Assembly (NCBI GenBank): GCA_000002445.1
Contig: CH464491.1
Coordinates: 1,824,001 to 1,888,000, forward strand
DNA: 64,000 bases
Direction: 5' to 3'
Origin: Trypanosoma brucei
Lineage: Eukaryota
Part shown: positions 24,022 to 35,460 of the stretch, piece by piece
How positions within the stretch are numbered: position 1 is the first letter of the stretch
How the letters are laid out: each line of letters starts with the position of its first letter
Notes under the pieces: model-generated
Database searches by the model: none
What the model saw: only the letters and a program-made list of their open reading frames with translations
What the model was told of the DNA's origin: nothing
Translations under genes and position numbers: made by a program

Positions 24022-24758
24022 AAGAACCTAGGCAAATAATAAATCGGGGTAAACAGAGGAATACTACATATATTTGCAACCATTCCTTCAATAGTTTTAA
24101 CTCTATCGCTACAAAAGCTGGCACATTAGTCTCATTCACCACCAGCACTACGAAACATTCTCCACATCACGTACACACAGGGGTATGCGGGGATATATTA
24201 ATCACACTGAGTAAATTTTTTTTTAAAGAAAAGGTGCATGCAGCAGCGATTAGGCATACTGCCTATTTTTTCCACTTAAAAAATGGCACTCGCTCTGACG
24301 TAGTTTATGATGAAATATAACGTAAAAGAAGACAAAGAGCAGTATCCCAAAACTGACGCCGACCGCACTGTGTCGGGTGGTACAGTTTGACAGCTCATGA
24401 CCCACAACAGGAGGGAACCCCCCTGTAAACGGCACAAGACAGATCCTGTTTCGTTGAAGAGAGAAAACAGTGACAACGTCAAGCATAAAAACACAAAAAA
24501 AATATAGACGAGTTTGAGGGAGGGAAAGGACACGATGCCCATAAACACTTTGATAATTGTATTCCCCCATCTTAGGACAACGACGACAATAACCGCCTTG
24601 ATAATAATAAGTATGATAAGCTTTAAAAAAAATGAGACTCTCAGCTGGGAGGTTCCTTTGTTTTTCACTTTTGACTTCCACCGCCTCAACTCCCAAGTAT
24701 CAAAAAAGTGAAGGCAAGCACAGTGCCTTATTCAGTGCCGTTCGACCTCTCCTACCCA

Positions 24759-25160
24759 CTAGGTAGCAAAAATGTAGCACAATAAAAGGAGAATTAAAAG
24801 AAATAACCCCACAATATGATATACTGAAAGAACACCTCCGCCACCTTTTACCTTTGTTAACGGCACATCGTCTCCCAACTTCCTTACTCGAACCGGTGGG
24901 GGAGCGGAAGATGGGTCGAGTTCACCGATTATGAACTCTTTTGATAGGGCAAGTGCTGAAGAGGAGTGCCCGATACTTTCAAAAGAGTTTGTGATATCGT
25001 ATCCTCCGAGGTCATTAATTGTATCAAGGCCTCCGGGGTGCTCGTTCAAAAACTTCGTAACGTCCAACACTCGTCTGTAAAGAACGACCCAGCAGTCCTT
25101 ATCATGATTGTGTTTCCTTATCTCCTCCCAAGTATATTTTGGGAGTTGTGACGTTGTCAT
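24759..25160 (-). CDS. Cytochrome b5 (heme-binding domain plus C-terminal membrane anchor)
   Basis: HPGG heme-binding motif (FLNEHPGGLDTI), a conserved Trp region (DCWVVLYRRVLDVTKF), and a C-terminal hydrophobic tail (HIVGLFLLILLLLCYIFAT). Confidence 0.8.
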   Translation of the reverse strand: MTTSQLPKYTWEEIRKHNHDKDCWVVLYRRVLDVTKFLNEHPGGLDTINDLGGYDITNSFESIGHSSSALALSKEFIIGELDPSSAPPPVRVRKLGDDVPLTKVKGGGGVLSVYHIVGLFLLILLLLCYIFAT

Positions 25161-26728
25161 TACGCAAACACAGCTTGCGTTGCAGACTACTTTCCCCTAA
25201 ACTGTAACAGCGAGAACTGAGCTATTCACAAGTCAGTGCAAAGGGAGAAAATAGAAGTTGATACACGGTTTTTCAAGTGCTTTTTTTTGTGGTAAAACAA
25301 AGGAAGATGGCAGCATCCTAAGAGTGAGAAACAAAGCAAAATTGACCCACCATAGAAGTATCAAAAGAAAGACACGTGTGTGTTTGCACAACCCACTTCA
25401 AAAGAATATAATAATTTTTCATTTCCTTCCGTGTACGAAAAGGACTTACAATTAGAAAGGGTAAAATCGTATGGAAAAAAACAAAAAAACACAACTTTCT
25501 GCGTCTTCCAGCCCCCGGACACGCCTGATCACAAACTATCCCCACACACTCCTCTTCGTTAACCTTAGTACCGTATAGCGGCAATTGAAATTTGTTATTT
25601 GCCCTCATGTGCGCGTGCATATCTATGTAACAAAAAAGAATATGAAAGTTAGCAACGTCACACAGACAAGTAACTCCTTGCTCCCGCTTCAAAGCATTGC
25701 GCCTCTTTTTGGGGAAAAAAGGGAAAAGGTGTACGAACTTTCGACTGGAAAACGGCGTCAGCACGTAAAACGTGACTATACACAAGAATGGCGAAAAAAA
25801 AAAAGTCGATATGCGGGGACGCACTCATGTACACCAACAAGAAAACGTTTAAAACAAAAAAACTGAAGGAGAAAGAACAACTGTGAGGAAATTCAATAAG
25901 AGGCCCACTACTACCCAATGGTGGGGTTGGTAATTGTCATCGGCAACCCTACAGCCGTGGTTCAGACTGAAAAACGAAGGCAACAAACGTGAAACGAATC
26001 TTACAACGAACATGTTTGGACAGAACAGCTTAGACAATTAAGAGAGGGCAGAAACTCTCGATAACATCGCTCTTACACTTTAATTCTTCCTCGCATTACG
26101 AATGATATTTTTTATAGCACGTACCAAAATATGAGTATAGCTGTGTCGTAAACAGGCAATCCCAACAGATCCACATGCAACAAACCACAGACGATAAGTT
26201 TATGTTCTGCGCCACAAACAAGGACCAAATACAACCGAGGACCTACCATCTTGCGGATCAAACCAAACAGTTAGCGTCCCTAAATCATGGTGAATCCACA
26301 CAATAAACAGATCACAAATCTCATTCAGCTTCATACAAGCAGACACAATGCTGGTAAGGTTGAAACCACGCAACGCACATTACCATCTGCTATAACACTT
26401 TCGTTAAGGAAAAAAAACCATCATGTCGTGTCAGCACATCGTTCACTTCAACCCGAACTGTTTGATACAGTACTTGTACTGTTTCGAAACGCCGGTAGAC
26501 CAATGAGGCATCCCACAGCTTGCAAGTGGCCCTACAAATAAAAAGAAGGGGCTGCCTAGTTAGTTCAACGAGGTTTGAAGATGTACTCCCCTTGTTTCTT
26601 CTGTTCGCGAACAAGCAGAGTTTTGGGAACATATAGCGACTCACCAATATGATCGCCGGTGGAAGAGCCGTGCCAGGCCCAGGCCAAAATAAAATTGTGC
26701 AACATATTCCAGGGAAGGTAGGCTTTCC

Positions 26729-26753
26729 ACACACACACACACACACACACACA
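26729..26753. repeat. (AC)12 microsatellite
   Basis: Read directly from the sequence. Confidence 0.95.
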
Positions 26754-27582
26754 TAAATAAATAAAGTTCGTATTTCCTATCGTCAAAACCACAATCTAAA
26801 CGATGATCCTCGAACTGACGCATTCAACTCACTCACCGTCATGGCTATTTTATTAAAGAGTAAAGTCCTAATCAGTAGTCCTCTTTTTTTCGTAATGGCA
26901 GTTTGCCGATAGAATAATTAAGTCTTGACGTTTAAACTGAAAAGACGTCTAACAAAGTTTCAAAAGGACAATATATATTTATATTCGCTTTTGGTTGATT
27001 TCGATAATAATCACTTTAATACCAACACGGACCATTGTGCCCGGTAATGGCTGTATCCTTTACATCACCACGATTTTTATCATATGTAAGAATTTTGCAA
27101 CAAAAAGTACAGGGAGTATTACCCGTACAAAGTTATGGGGTCATACACAAAATTTTCCACTGACGAACTTGTCCCAGTTAAGTTTCAGTAAGCCGCATGA
27201 GTGCCTAAACCCTCCCTGTTGCCACTATCACACAGACTTAATCATACGAAGCAGAAGTGAGGTAAGTTTTCTGTGATGTTGTGTTTACCTTTTCCCCATT
27301 CCCTCTTATCTCCTTCCTGTGATATGCCAGTCAGAGAACAAAAGAGGGGCTTCAAAGACAACCAGGCGGTTTTGTTACCACAGATTTCTTCCACAATGAC
27401 AAAACACGTTTAAAGTCTTTGAGAGTAGCGACGCACGCCCGCTCACGACCAAATACAAAAAACTTTCGATAATGGCCACGGTTCTTACCCTGTATTGCAT
27501 CGGAAGCTGGCAATAAAAGTACCTTCCTTAACTTTCTGACGGTTACGTAGGCCACCATCAACACTGGGGAGAAAGAGGAACC

Positions 27583-27615
27583 ACATACACAGACACACAC
27601 ACACACATACACACA
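27583..27615. repeat. Imperfect (CA)n microsatellite
   Basis: ccacatacacagacacacacacacacatacacaca. Confidence 0.9.
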
Positions 27616-30600
27616 AGTCACATGTATGTTTTTTCTCCTCATAGAGAATTGCGGCCAGTTTGTTAGGAAGATCGCATCAGCAAACAACATAAGCGTATCG
27701 CCTTCCATGAACGCTGAAGAGAACACGCGCGGTCCACAGATAATGAGTACAGCGCTACCGCCCGCGTACAAAATATACCCCACACCTCCTGTAGTCGCAC
27801 ACGTAGACGCGAACAAGTCCCGAACATCATCACCTGTGCTTTGCCGGTTCCCAGCGCGAGACCGCAACACCCACCAAGGCGCGGCAACCGCCAACGCAAC
27901 GAACCAGAAGCCGAATTGCCGCTGAAAGCGACGCTCCCGAACGCGCCCGGCGCCGGCCGTCAGCAGTGGCATGACAGTTTCCGGTCCACGGAAGCCGGCC
28001 CCAACCCCATCCACGGGTTCCGGATTTCCGCCTCCCACCGGAGGAAACACGGCAGGCTTAACCATCACCTGCTCTTTTTTTAATCACGTGGTGACGTGCG
28101 CGCCAAAGAACATGGGGTCGACCAGGGAAAACAGTAAACTGTGGAAGGGTGGGGAAGCTTGTAGTCATCCGCGCCCCTGGAAAGCATAACTGCCCACTGG
28201 CCGCTAAACCCAGAGCGAGACCACCGTGTTCGGGGGCCAACAAGAGGGGCGCTACTCGGGAAAGGGGGAATGCACCGCCGCCCCCACGTCGATGCTGGTA
28301 CAGAAAGAGGTGAAGAACCGGGTGACGCCATGCAGCGCCGCAATGCAGGAAGGGACCGTCCCGCATGCGCGCACCCGCTTGACAACGACCGCGTCGGCAT
28401 TGGCCAGAGCGTTGGGGAAACGCTGCGGTAACAACCCCCGCCAACCAGGCGCGAGGTCAAAGAATAAACAAATAGCGGAAGCCCGAAACCACCGAAAGAC
28501 AAAGCCTCAGCCGGTGCTACCCCGCGGTGACAGACTGCATGCTGTCTAAGTGAGCTCCGGGCCGAGGGAAAACTGAGCGAACTGCGACATGGAGCGGGAG
28601 CACCTACCATCAAATGGCCCCGAGAAATAAACGGTCTACACATTCGAAAGGGTTAGGGCTCCCGAGCGTGCATTTCAAAACCAAGCAGCCATTAACACCA
28701 CAAGGCCGATCACCCCAAAGGAGGTTGGCAAATGTTTCGTCCCACCACGGTGAGATTGTCAGGAAACAGCCCCATTTACAGGAAGGGCGCCCCCACACCC
28801 AGTGCGGCCACGGGTGGCGCGGTCTTGTGGGACCTAACCTTCGATGGGGAGTCGCCAGCCCAAGACATTTCAAATTAAATAGAACACTCCACCGCAGATT
28901 CCGGGGTGTGCAGCCGCATTCCGCTGCAATATTTAAACTGCGGCGGTGGTTGCTCGCCGTCGCGCTTCAGTGAGGTGCTAAGAACGAAAACGAGAAAGGA
29001 TACCTTTTCCCACCAATTCTATCCGGCCCCCATGATATCGGCCGCTCGTCCGATATTTCTTCACCTTAGACACATTTTTCGAGGGGCTGTGTTCTCAGGC
29101 CTCGATTGGCGGCGCCCTTCGTGGAAACACCAGACCAACGGAGCGACTACCGCGGTACCGCTACGGGCGCGGATGGCAATTTGTTTGTCTCCTTGCGCCC
29201 CATCCCCCACCCCATCCTTTAAGAGGCTGAAAGAAATCGGGTTCAACGCCGGAGTTCACCGACAAGTTGCGGCCCCTTCGTTGTAGGAGCGCTGGTGTTG
29301 TAATGCTCTGAGATTTCCAAGCATTTGCTTAGGTTTTTGGGTTAGTCCCGCCCCGCTGGACGTGCACTCCGAGAGGGGGTGCCTTCCCGAAAGCGTGTTG
29401 CGGAAAGCAACCCTTTTCGCACGCCACGGGCCTTGCCCCTCGCGCTTGAGCACTGCGTCTTAACTGGAAAGGTTCCTTCAACCTTGCATGCGGCCCCACT
29501 CACCGTGGAGACATCGATTGACATTTTTGGGGGTGGGTTGGTGACGTTACGGGGGAGAGAGTCTGACCACGAAAAAAAAACTCACGGAGCCCGGTGCGAA
29601 TTACGAGCGGGTCTGGAGGCGTTGTTTCCGGGCTGTCACCCATCCACGAGTGGACGCGGCAACATAAGCGCACGACTGGGATCTACAGAGGTGTGATTTG
29701 GGAATGTGGGCAGTACCGCCGACGCCCCTTGCTCGATGGAACCCAGCTGGACGAGGAGCAACCGCAACCCGAGAATGCTGCAACAAAAACCTTGGTCCAA
29801 ACATTTCCTATGCGAACGATTCCCTACGACCTTTGCTGCAGTTGCCGTAGCGACGGGAACCAACAGGGAGAAGCTGGGTCCTGGCAGCCGAGTGCCCCCA
29901 CCGAAACATTGAAAACGGAAGGTCCCACCGAGGCGGACGTCCCAACTTTAAGCACACAATTCGTTGTGTCTTAAGGGACCTGTCGGTGGCGCCGCACAGC
30001 GGGTGCCGACAAAGGGCTTTGAAAGACGACCCGTGATTCACACGGGGGTACGGCAGCACAGGCGGAACGGCTTTTGATGCGCGTGAAAGCGAGTACGAAG
30101 CAATGGTACAGAAGGTTTTCATCACGCGGATGGCACTTCGAGCGACCGGCCGCTGGCAAACCACCGGAAACGCTTTGCGGAAACTGGGGTTGATAAACGG
30201 AACAAAGTGCAATGAGGATAACCATCTAAGGAATTCAACCTGCACTGTAGTCGAAAGGGTGGTGTGGAAGAGGGAAGCAGCAATGGCGCCCCGTGCAGGT
30301 TGCCTGCTGTTGTTGGTTAAAGTTGCTGTTTCACGCTTTTGGAGGAGCGAGCCAGCTGCGAGAGCAGCGCTAGGCAGGCATCAGCGCACTGACGGAATCG
30401 CGGGAAAGGACCTTCACACAAAAACCAGTGGAATAGAGGGGTTGTAGTACGTTGACTCGGTTAACGGCACGGGCTCGGGAGGAGGAAGTTCCTTGCACAA
30501 CCGTCATGGAGAATGAGTAAATCATTTTTACCCAGGGGCGACGGAAGCGTCGCCCAGCTGGCGTGGAACACTTAGGTTACACCACATTGTGGGTGAAGGG

Positions 30601-31756
30601 TTCGTTGGGAATAGGCACACATGTGCGAAACTGACGATGTCAAAATTCACACAGTTTGGATGAAGTTGTTTGATAGCATTCTTCTGCGACAGCGGACAAA
30701 ACCCGGTCAAATGCCCTATGGAATGCGGCGGAGTGCGGCGTCGATTGCGCCCGTTGGGATTAAAGACTTCCACTTGGCCCCTCCACGTGGATATCACTGA
30801 GCACCAACCGCGCCGGACGCAGAGACCCGGTAAACCTAAAAACGTTTCCTCTTACTGCGCCGCAAGGCGCCTTCGTTCTCTCCACAAAATTCCCCAGGGT
30901 CTGCAGTGGTTCCGGAGAACGCGGGGAAGCGCCCTATCCTGTTTATCCGAAAAACAACGAAACCCTGTACCTTTCTTTCAGCGTTGTTCCCACGTCTTCC
31001 CCGTGGTTAACGGTCCAGCCGGGGAACATACGTAAAAAGTTGTGCCCAACTTGCTTAACTTGGCTACAAATGTGAAGCACTTGCACCCCTTACGGAAAGA
31101 GTGTGCCACTTGATCCGCCTTCACTACTACGCGTCTTTCAACCGGGAAGCAAAAGTAGAGAAGAAAGCAAGCATTTAAGCGTCAGTGACAAGCAACACTC
31201 ATCTTACAACCCTCGCCCTGTGCGGGGGTGGCATTTATAACAATGATCCGCGTTCCGTGCGACGCCTTCCAAGAGACAACTTCAATGTTTCAGTCTTCCT
31301 GACCTCACGGCGTAGTGTGAAGCAGGAGGCAAGAGGGTAAAACAAACCCCCCGCTTCACGTTCCACCGTCCCTATCGAAACATTTATGAAACAATACGAA
31401 GAAAGGGATTGCTGTTACTTAGACGAACTTTGGTCCATAGGTTTTGCTCCCACAAACTTATGGATCCAAAAAAAAAATTGCTTCGTTTAAGGGAGATGGA
31501 CGCGAAAAACAGACGGAGCCGACAGTCACAACAACACAAACATGACCAAAGCACCGTGATGAGAGCGTTCGCCGCAGCGGGCTCACACGTCCCTCGCTAC
31601 ACCACTGAGGCTATTATGTTGTCAAATATGACGTGCAGGGAACAACCGCAGGCGAACTGGGGCCTCCATTGCCCACGTAGTTCCAAAGGTGCTTCAAGTT
31701 GCCCACAAAGAGGGGAGGATGTGACGGAAAACGCGGGGTTCACACCTATTTTATGC

Positions 31757-34564
31757 TCAGAACACAAATACACTTTGAGCATCGCCAGTTTGATCACTGG
31801 GTTGTGACGCTGGTTTCATCTCGACTTTCCTTTTCCTCCGTTCAGTTGGCGTTTGGAAAGAGGTGACAGGGGTTGCGCCGCCCACGGAAGCGGCCGCAAC
31901 TCTACGTACCTCTTCTTCGGCCCCTGGCGGCTGTCGGGACCCGACAGCCGCTTTCTTCGCCGCTCGTGGCGTCTTCCCCTTTTCCTTGCTCTTGCTGCGC
32001 CGCGCTGTTGAGGCGGCGGGCCTTTCCTTTGACACCTTCGCCCTCTTCGTCGGTACGGCCCCGTCTTCTTCGCTGCCCCCTTCTCGTTTTCTCTTTCGAC
32101 CCTCAGCAGTTTCTCCCGCGTGCACTGGGGGTTCGTTGTTGGGTGCAGGCCGCTTATCCGCAGACGAAGGATCAGACGCGAACAGTTGTCGCCGTTCTTT
32201 CCGAACTTCCGCGAGGCAGCTGCTCAGCATCTGCCCGTCCTCTGGTTTTGCCGCTCCCAACGACACAATATCTTCCGATTCAATGGCAAGTCCTTGCGCG
32301 TGACCCCGAGCACCTGCAACACCTCTTGAGTTTGTTTGACCGCCGCACTTAACCTGAATTCTGCCAAGTCGGTCAACGCCCTGCACCACTATGTCATCTA
32401 AAAAGCTTCCCGCACAAACCGCATCAATGTCGACGTCATGTACGAGCACATCGTCGTGAAGACCAACATCCACAAAGGCACCGAACGTTGTGACACAACG
32501 CACCACCCCCGCAAGTTTGTCCCCACATTTAATGTCTGCCGCTCTTGGGGCGCGACGGAAATGGCCGGCAAAAGGCAGTTCGGAGCGGGGATCTAAGGCC
32601 GGTGTTGCCAGTTCATGGGCCAACAGTTCAAGCGTTGCCTTACCACATCCCAGGCGCTCCGTCAGTTCCTTCAATTCATTTTCCTTCATGTCAAGAAGTT
32701 TACGCCCAATGTCGATCCGCTGTTGTCCCTTGAACAACTCGATCAGCCTCTGCACAATGGGATAGGACTCGGGGTGAATGTTAGAGCCGTCCAGTGGGTT
32801 GGTGGAATTAGGAAACCGAAAGAAACCTGCAATTTGCTTGTAAACAGTTTCAGTCATCCCTGGAACGCGACGAAGGTCTTCCCGACTCATGAGCTTTTTG
32901 GCGTGACGCGCGAGAACAATTTGGTCTACCATGCGCTTTGTCACACCCGGTATTTTTTCCATCACGTAGCGGTTTGCAACCATTGCGTTAACACCAACTG
33001 ATGCTACGCACGACTCCACCACTCGATTCAATGAGCGCGTCAGTTCGACCTCACTGATGTCATGTTGGTACATACCAATGCCCATTGATCGAACCGGAAC
33101 CTTTACCAGCTCACTCAACGGATCGATGACACGCCTGCCAATGCTCACCGCTCCGCGGTACATTGGGTCGAGGGTGGGAAACTCTTCCTTCGCGACATCG
33201 GAAACAGAGTAAACACTGGCGCCTGCTTCACTGACAATAGCATACTCGACGCTCAGGTTCTTCTCCTTGATGGTGGCGGCGACAACATCGGCCACGTCCC
33301 CCGAGGCAGTCCCGTTTCCGATAACAATTTTGTTAAGATTCATTTTCCCGACCGACCCACCGATATATTCTTTCATCTCATCCTTCTTCGACAAGGTGCA
33401 GCAAAAGCACGCAATAACACCGCCGTTTTCGTCTAGTGCAACACATTTAACACCCATTTTGAAGCCCGGGTCCATCGCAAGTATTCTCGCATCCCGCATT
33501 GGGCGCTGGAGGAGGATATGGCGAAGGTTGTGTGCAAAGACAGCCAGAGACTCTTTTATTGCACTCTTTTTGAGATCGCGCCGGACCGTCGCGTGCGTTC
33601 GCCGCACCACTTGTTTGCATGCCTCCTCAAGGCACTTCTGCAGAAGCTCCCCAGCTACTGAAGAAGTAGGTCTCCGCGCTCCATAAAATTTCCGACGAGC
33701 CCACGCAAAGAAAACATCCTTGTCCCTATTGCTTTCGGCCATTTTAACTTTCAACACACCCTCACTTTCGCCACGTTGCAGTGCCAGGAAATGGTGTGCA
33801 CTAATCCGTTGCACCGGCCACACCTTGCCACCATACCACTCAAAATGCTTCTTATTCTTTTCAAAAGAATCGGAATTCGCTGACTTTCCCCCAGGCTCCC
33901 CAGCAAGTGCACAACTAATGGTGCCGCTCCGCCTGCACTCCGTTAGCATGATCTGCCGTACCTCATCGCAACGCTGCACCTCCTCCACCACAATTGCCCT
34001 TAGCAACTTTTCACCGTCGTCCACGCAGCGCAGACGCTGCTGCACATCGTCGATGGGATCCGTCGTATACAACAATTTTTTCGCGAGAGGTTCCAGTCCC
34101 GCCTCACGCCCCCTATGTGCCAGACCCGTCTTCTTTTCTTTAAACGGCTCCCACGCATCCTCTAGCTGGTTCAAATGAACTAGCTTCTCAAAGGTCTCTT
34201 GAAGTTCCCTCGTAAGGAGGTTACGTTTCTCCAAACTTTTTAACATGAATTCGCGGCGTCGTTGCACTTCCCGTAGCTCCTCCGCCATATCAAGCAGCTG
34301 CCGGATTGTTGTCTCGTCGAGGTAACCTGTTTCGTCACGCCGATACCGCGCAAGAAAGGGCACAGTTGAACCTTTCTTAGTCTGCTCCACAACATAACAT
34401 GCAGAGCCTTGGGGTATGTTTAGCCGCTGTGAAATAATGCGGTACAAGTGTGTTTCGCTGTTGCCCGCCTTCTGTGCCTTGGTGGACATCGCGCGCAACG
34501 AAAAGGTAACCGCTAGTACTGACCTTGGGTGCGCTGGTACAATTCTTTTAACGTACCGCAGCAT
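31757..34564 (-). CDS. Tex / SPT6-like transcription accessory protein (HTH, YqgF, HhH, S1 domains), bacterial type, with a possible organellar presequence
   Basis: The N-terminus FLARYRRDETGYLDETTIRQLLD matches the conserved Tex motif FIARYRKExTGxLDE. A C-terminal S1 domain is present (GDKLAGVVRCVTTFGAFVDVGLHDDVLVHDVD), followed by a K/R/A-rich tail. The total is 935 aa. Confidence 0.8.
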   Translation of the reverse strand: MLRYVKRIVPAHPRSVLAVTFSLRAMSTKAQKAGNSETHLYRIISQRLNIPQGSACYVVEQTKKGSTVPFLARYRRDETGYLDETTIRQLLDMAEELREVQRRREFMLKSLEKRNLLTRELQETFEKLVHLNQLEDAWEPFKEKKTGLAHRGREAGLEPLAKKLLYTTDPIDDVQQRLRCVDDGEKLLRAIVVEEVQRCDEVRQIMLTECRRSGTISCALAGEPGGKSANSDSFEKNKKHFEWYGGKVWPVQRISAHHFLALQRGESEGVLKVKMAESNRDKDVFFAWARRKFYGARRPTSSVAGELLQKCLEEACKQVVRRTHATVRRDLKKSAIKESLAVFAHNLRHILLQRPMRDARILAMDPGFKMGVKCVALDENGGVIACFCCTLSKKDEMKEYIGGSVGKMNLNKIVIGNGTASGDVADVVAATIKEKNLSVEYAIVSEAGASVYSVSDVAKEEFPTLDPMYRGAVSIGRRVIDPLSELVKVPVRSMGIGMYQHDISEVELTRSLNRVVESCVASVGVNAMVANRYVMEKIPGVTKRMVDQIVLARHAKKLMSREDLRRVPGMTETVYKQIAGFFRFPNSTNPLDGSNIHPESYPIVQRLIELFKGQQRIDIGRKLLDMKENELKELTERLGCGKATLELLAHELATPALDPRSELPFAGHFRRAPRAADIKCGDKLAGVVRCVTTFGAFVDVGLHDDVLVHDVDIDAVCAGSFLDDIVVQGVDRLGRIQVKCGGQTNSRGVAGARGHAQGLAIESEDIVSLGAAKPEDGQMLSSCLAEVRKERRQLFASDPSSADKRPAPNNEPPVHAGETAEGRKRKREGGSEEDGAVPTKRAKVSKERPAASTARRSKSKEKGKTPRAAKKAAVGSRQPPGAEEEVRRVAAASVGGATPVTSFQTPTERRKRKVEMKPASQPSDQTGDAQSVFVF

Positions 34565-35460
34565 AATCGAGGAGGAAAGGACGTTACACGGCGGGGAGCA
34601 GATCGATCAAACAAATGACACAGGGTGCTTTCCCTCAGCCGAAGGGATACGCACAAAATACAAATGTGTGCGTGGTCGACAGCCTTAAAACTATTAATAT
34701 GATCTTCCCCTGGTGTTACTTATCCGTCCTGTGGAGGCGTCCACGCCAGCCTACCCTTCAACAAACAGAGTTCACCTGCCAGGGAGGAAACGAAATAGAA
34801 ACAAGAACTCCAGTGTTTGATTCCTTTGGTTTGATTTGTTTGCACGAGGATAGAACAGGGGTTAAAAGTAGCAATGAGCGCACGCAGAAACATTAGTCTT
34901 ACTTCGTACAAACGGTCACCCCCCCCTCACACACCAGCTACATTGAGGGTTACATCGGAAAAAGTACAGCTGCGGTGCCACCAGGACACCCGGAAACCGA
35001 TGGCGCGGTAGCATCTTGAGGGGAAGAGGAGGCACAGTGTTAAAAAACGCACCACAAAAAGGGGAATAATGTGCCAGTAGGATCCGGTCGCAACGTGAAA
35101 CTGAAGGCGACGCCCTCCACTTCACGCCCCAGCACCTCCCTCCCCCAAATAAAAAACGTTCGGTAGGCTTGCTACACGAGGTAGGCAATCTTTAATCGCT
35201 TCGGAAATTGCAAACACACCCACACTCTCGTGGGGACCGACGGCGGAGAGTTTACACACTGCGATAACCTGCAGGTGATGGTTAAATTGAATGATGTTCA
35301 GCAGGGAATGGGGGCAGTGATGAAGTCCGGTACCGCAGTAGATATAGAGAACGTCATCGCTTTGAGAGATTTTAGGTTGTTTCCCAACTGGATCCCCTTA
35401 TCCACAAGCATATTACAATTCCCCACCATTAAAGAAATGCAGAACCCACCCAATTCTGCC

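Noticed and set aside
24250-24696. Overlapping minus-strand ORFs of 137-148 aa in the spacer 3' of the carboxylase gene
   Set aside because: They lie in AT-rich UTR-like sequence with homopolymers, have no motif, and are two mutually overlapping frames, which is typical of chance ORFs.
27352-28068. A 238-aa minus-strand ORF containing CVYVCVCVCVC
   Set aside because: The ORF reads through the (CA)n microsatellite at 27583-27615 and GC-rich spacer. It has no domain, and its composition (Gly/Ala/Arg/Val-rich) is typical of random GC-rich DNA. It is not listed as a gene but could be rechecked with expression data.
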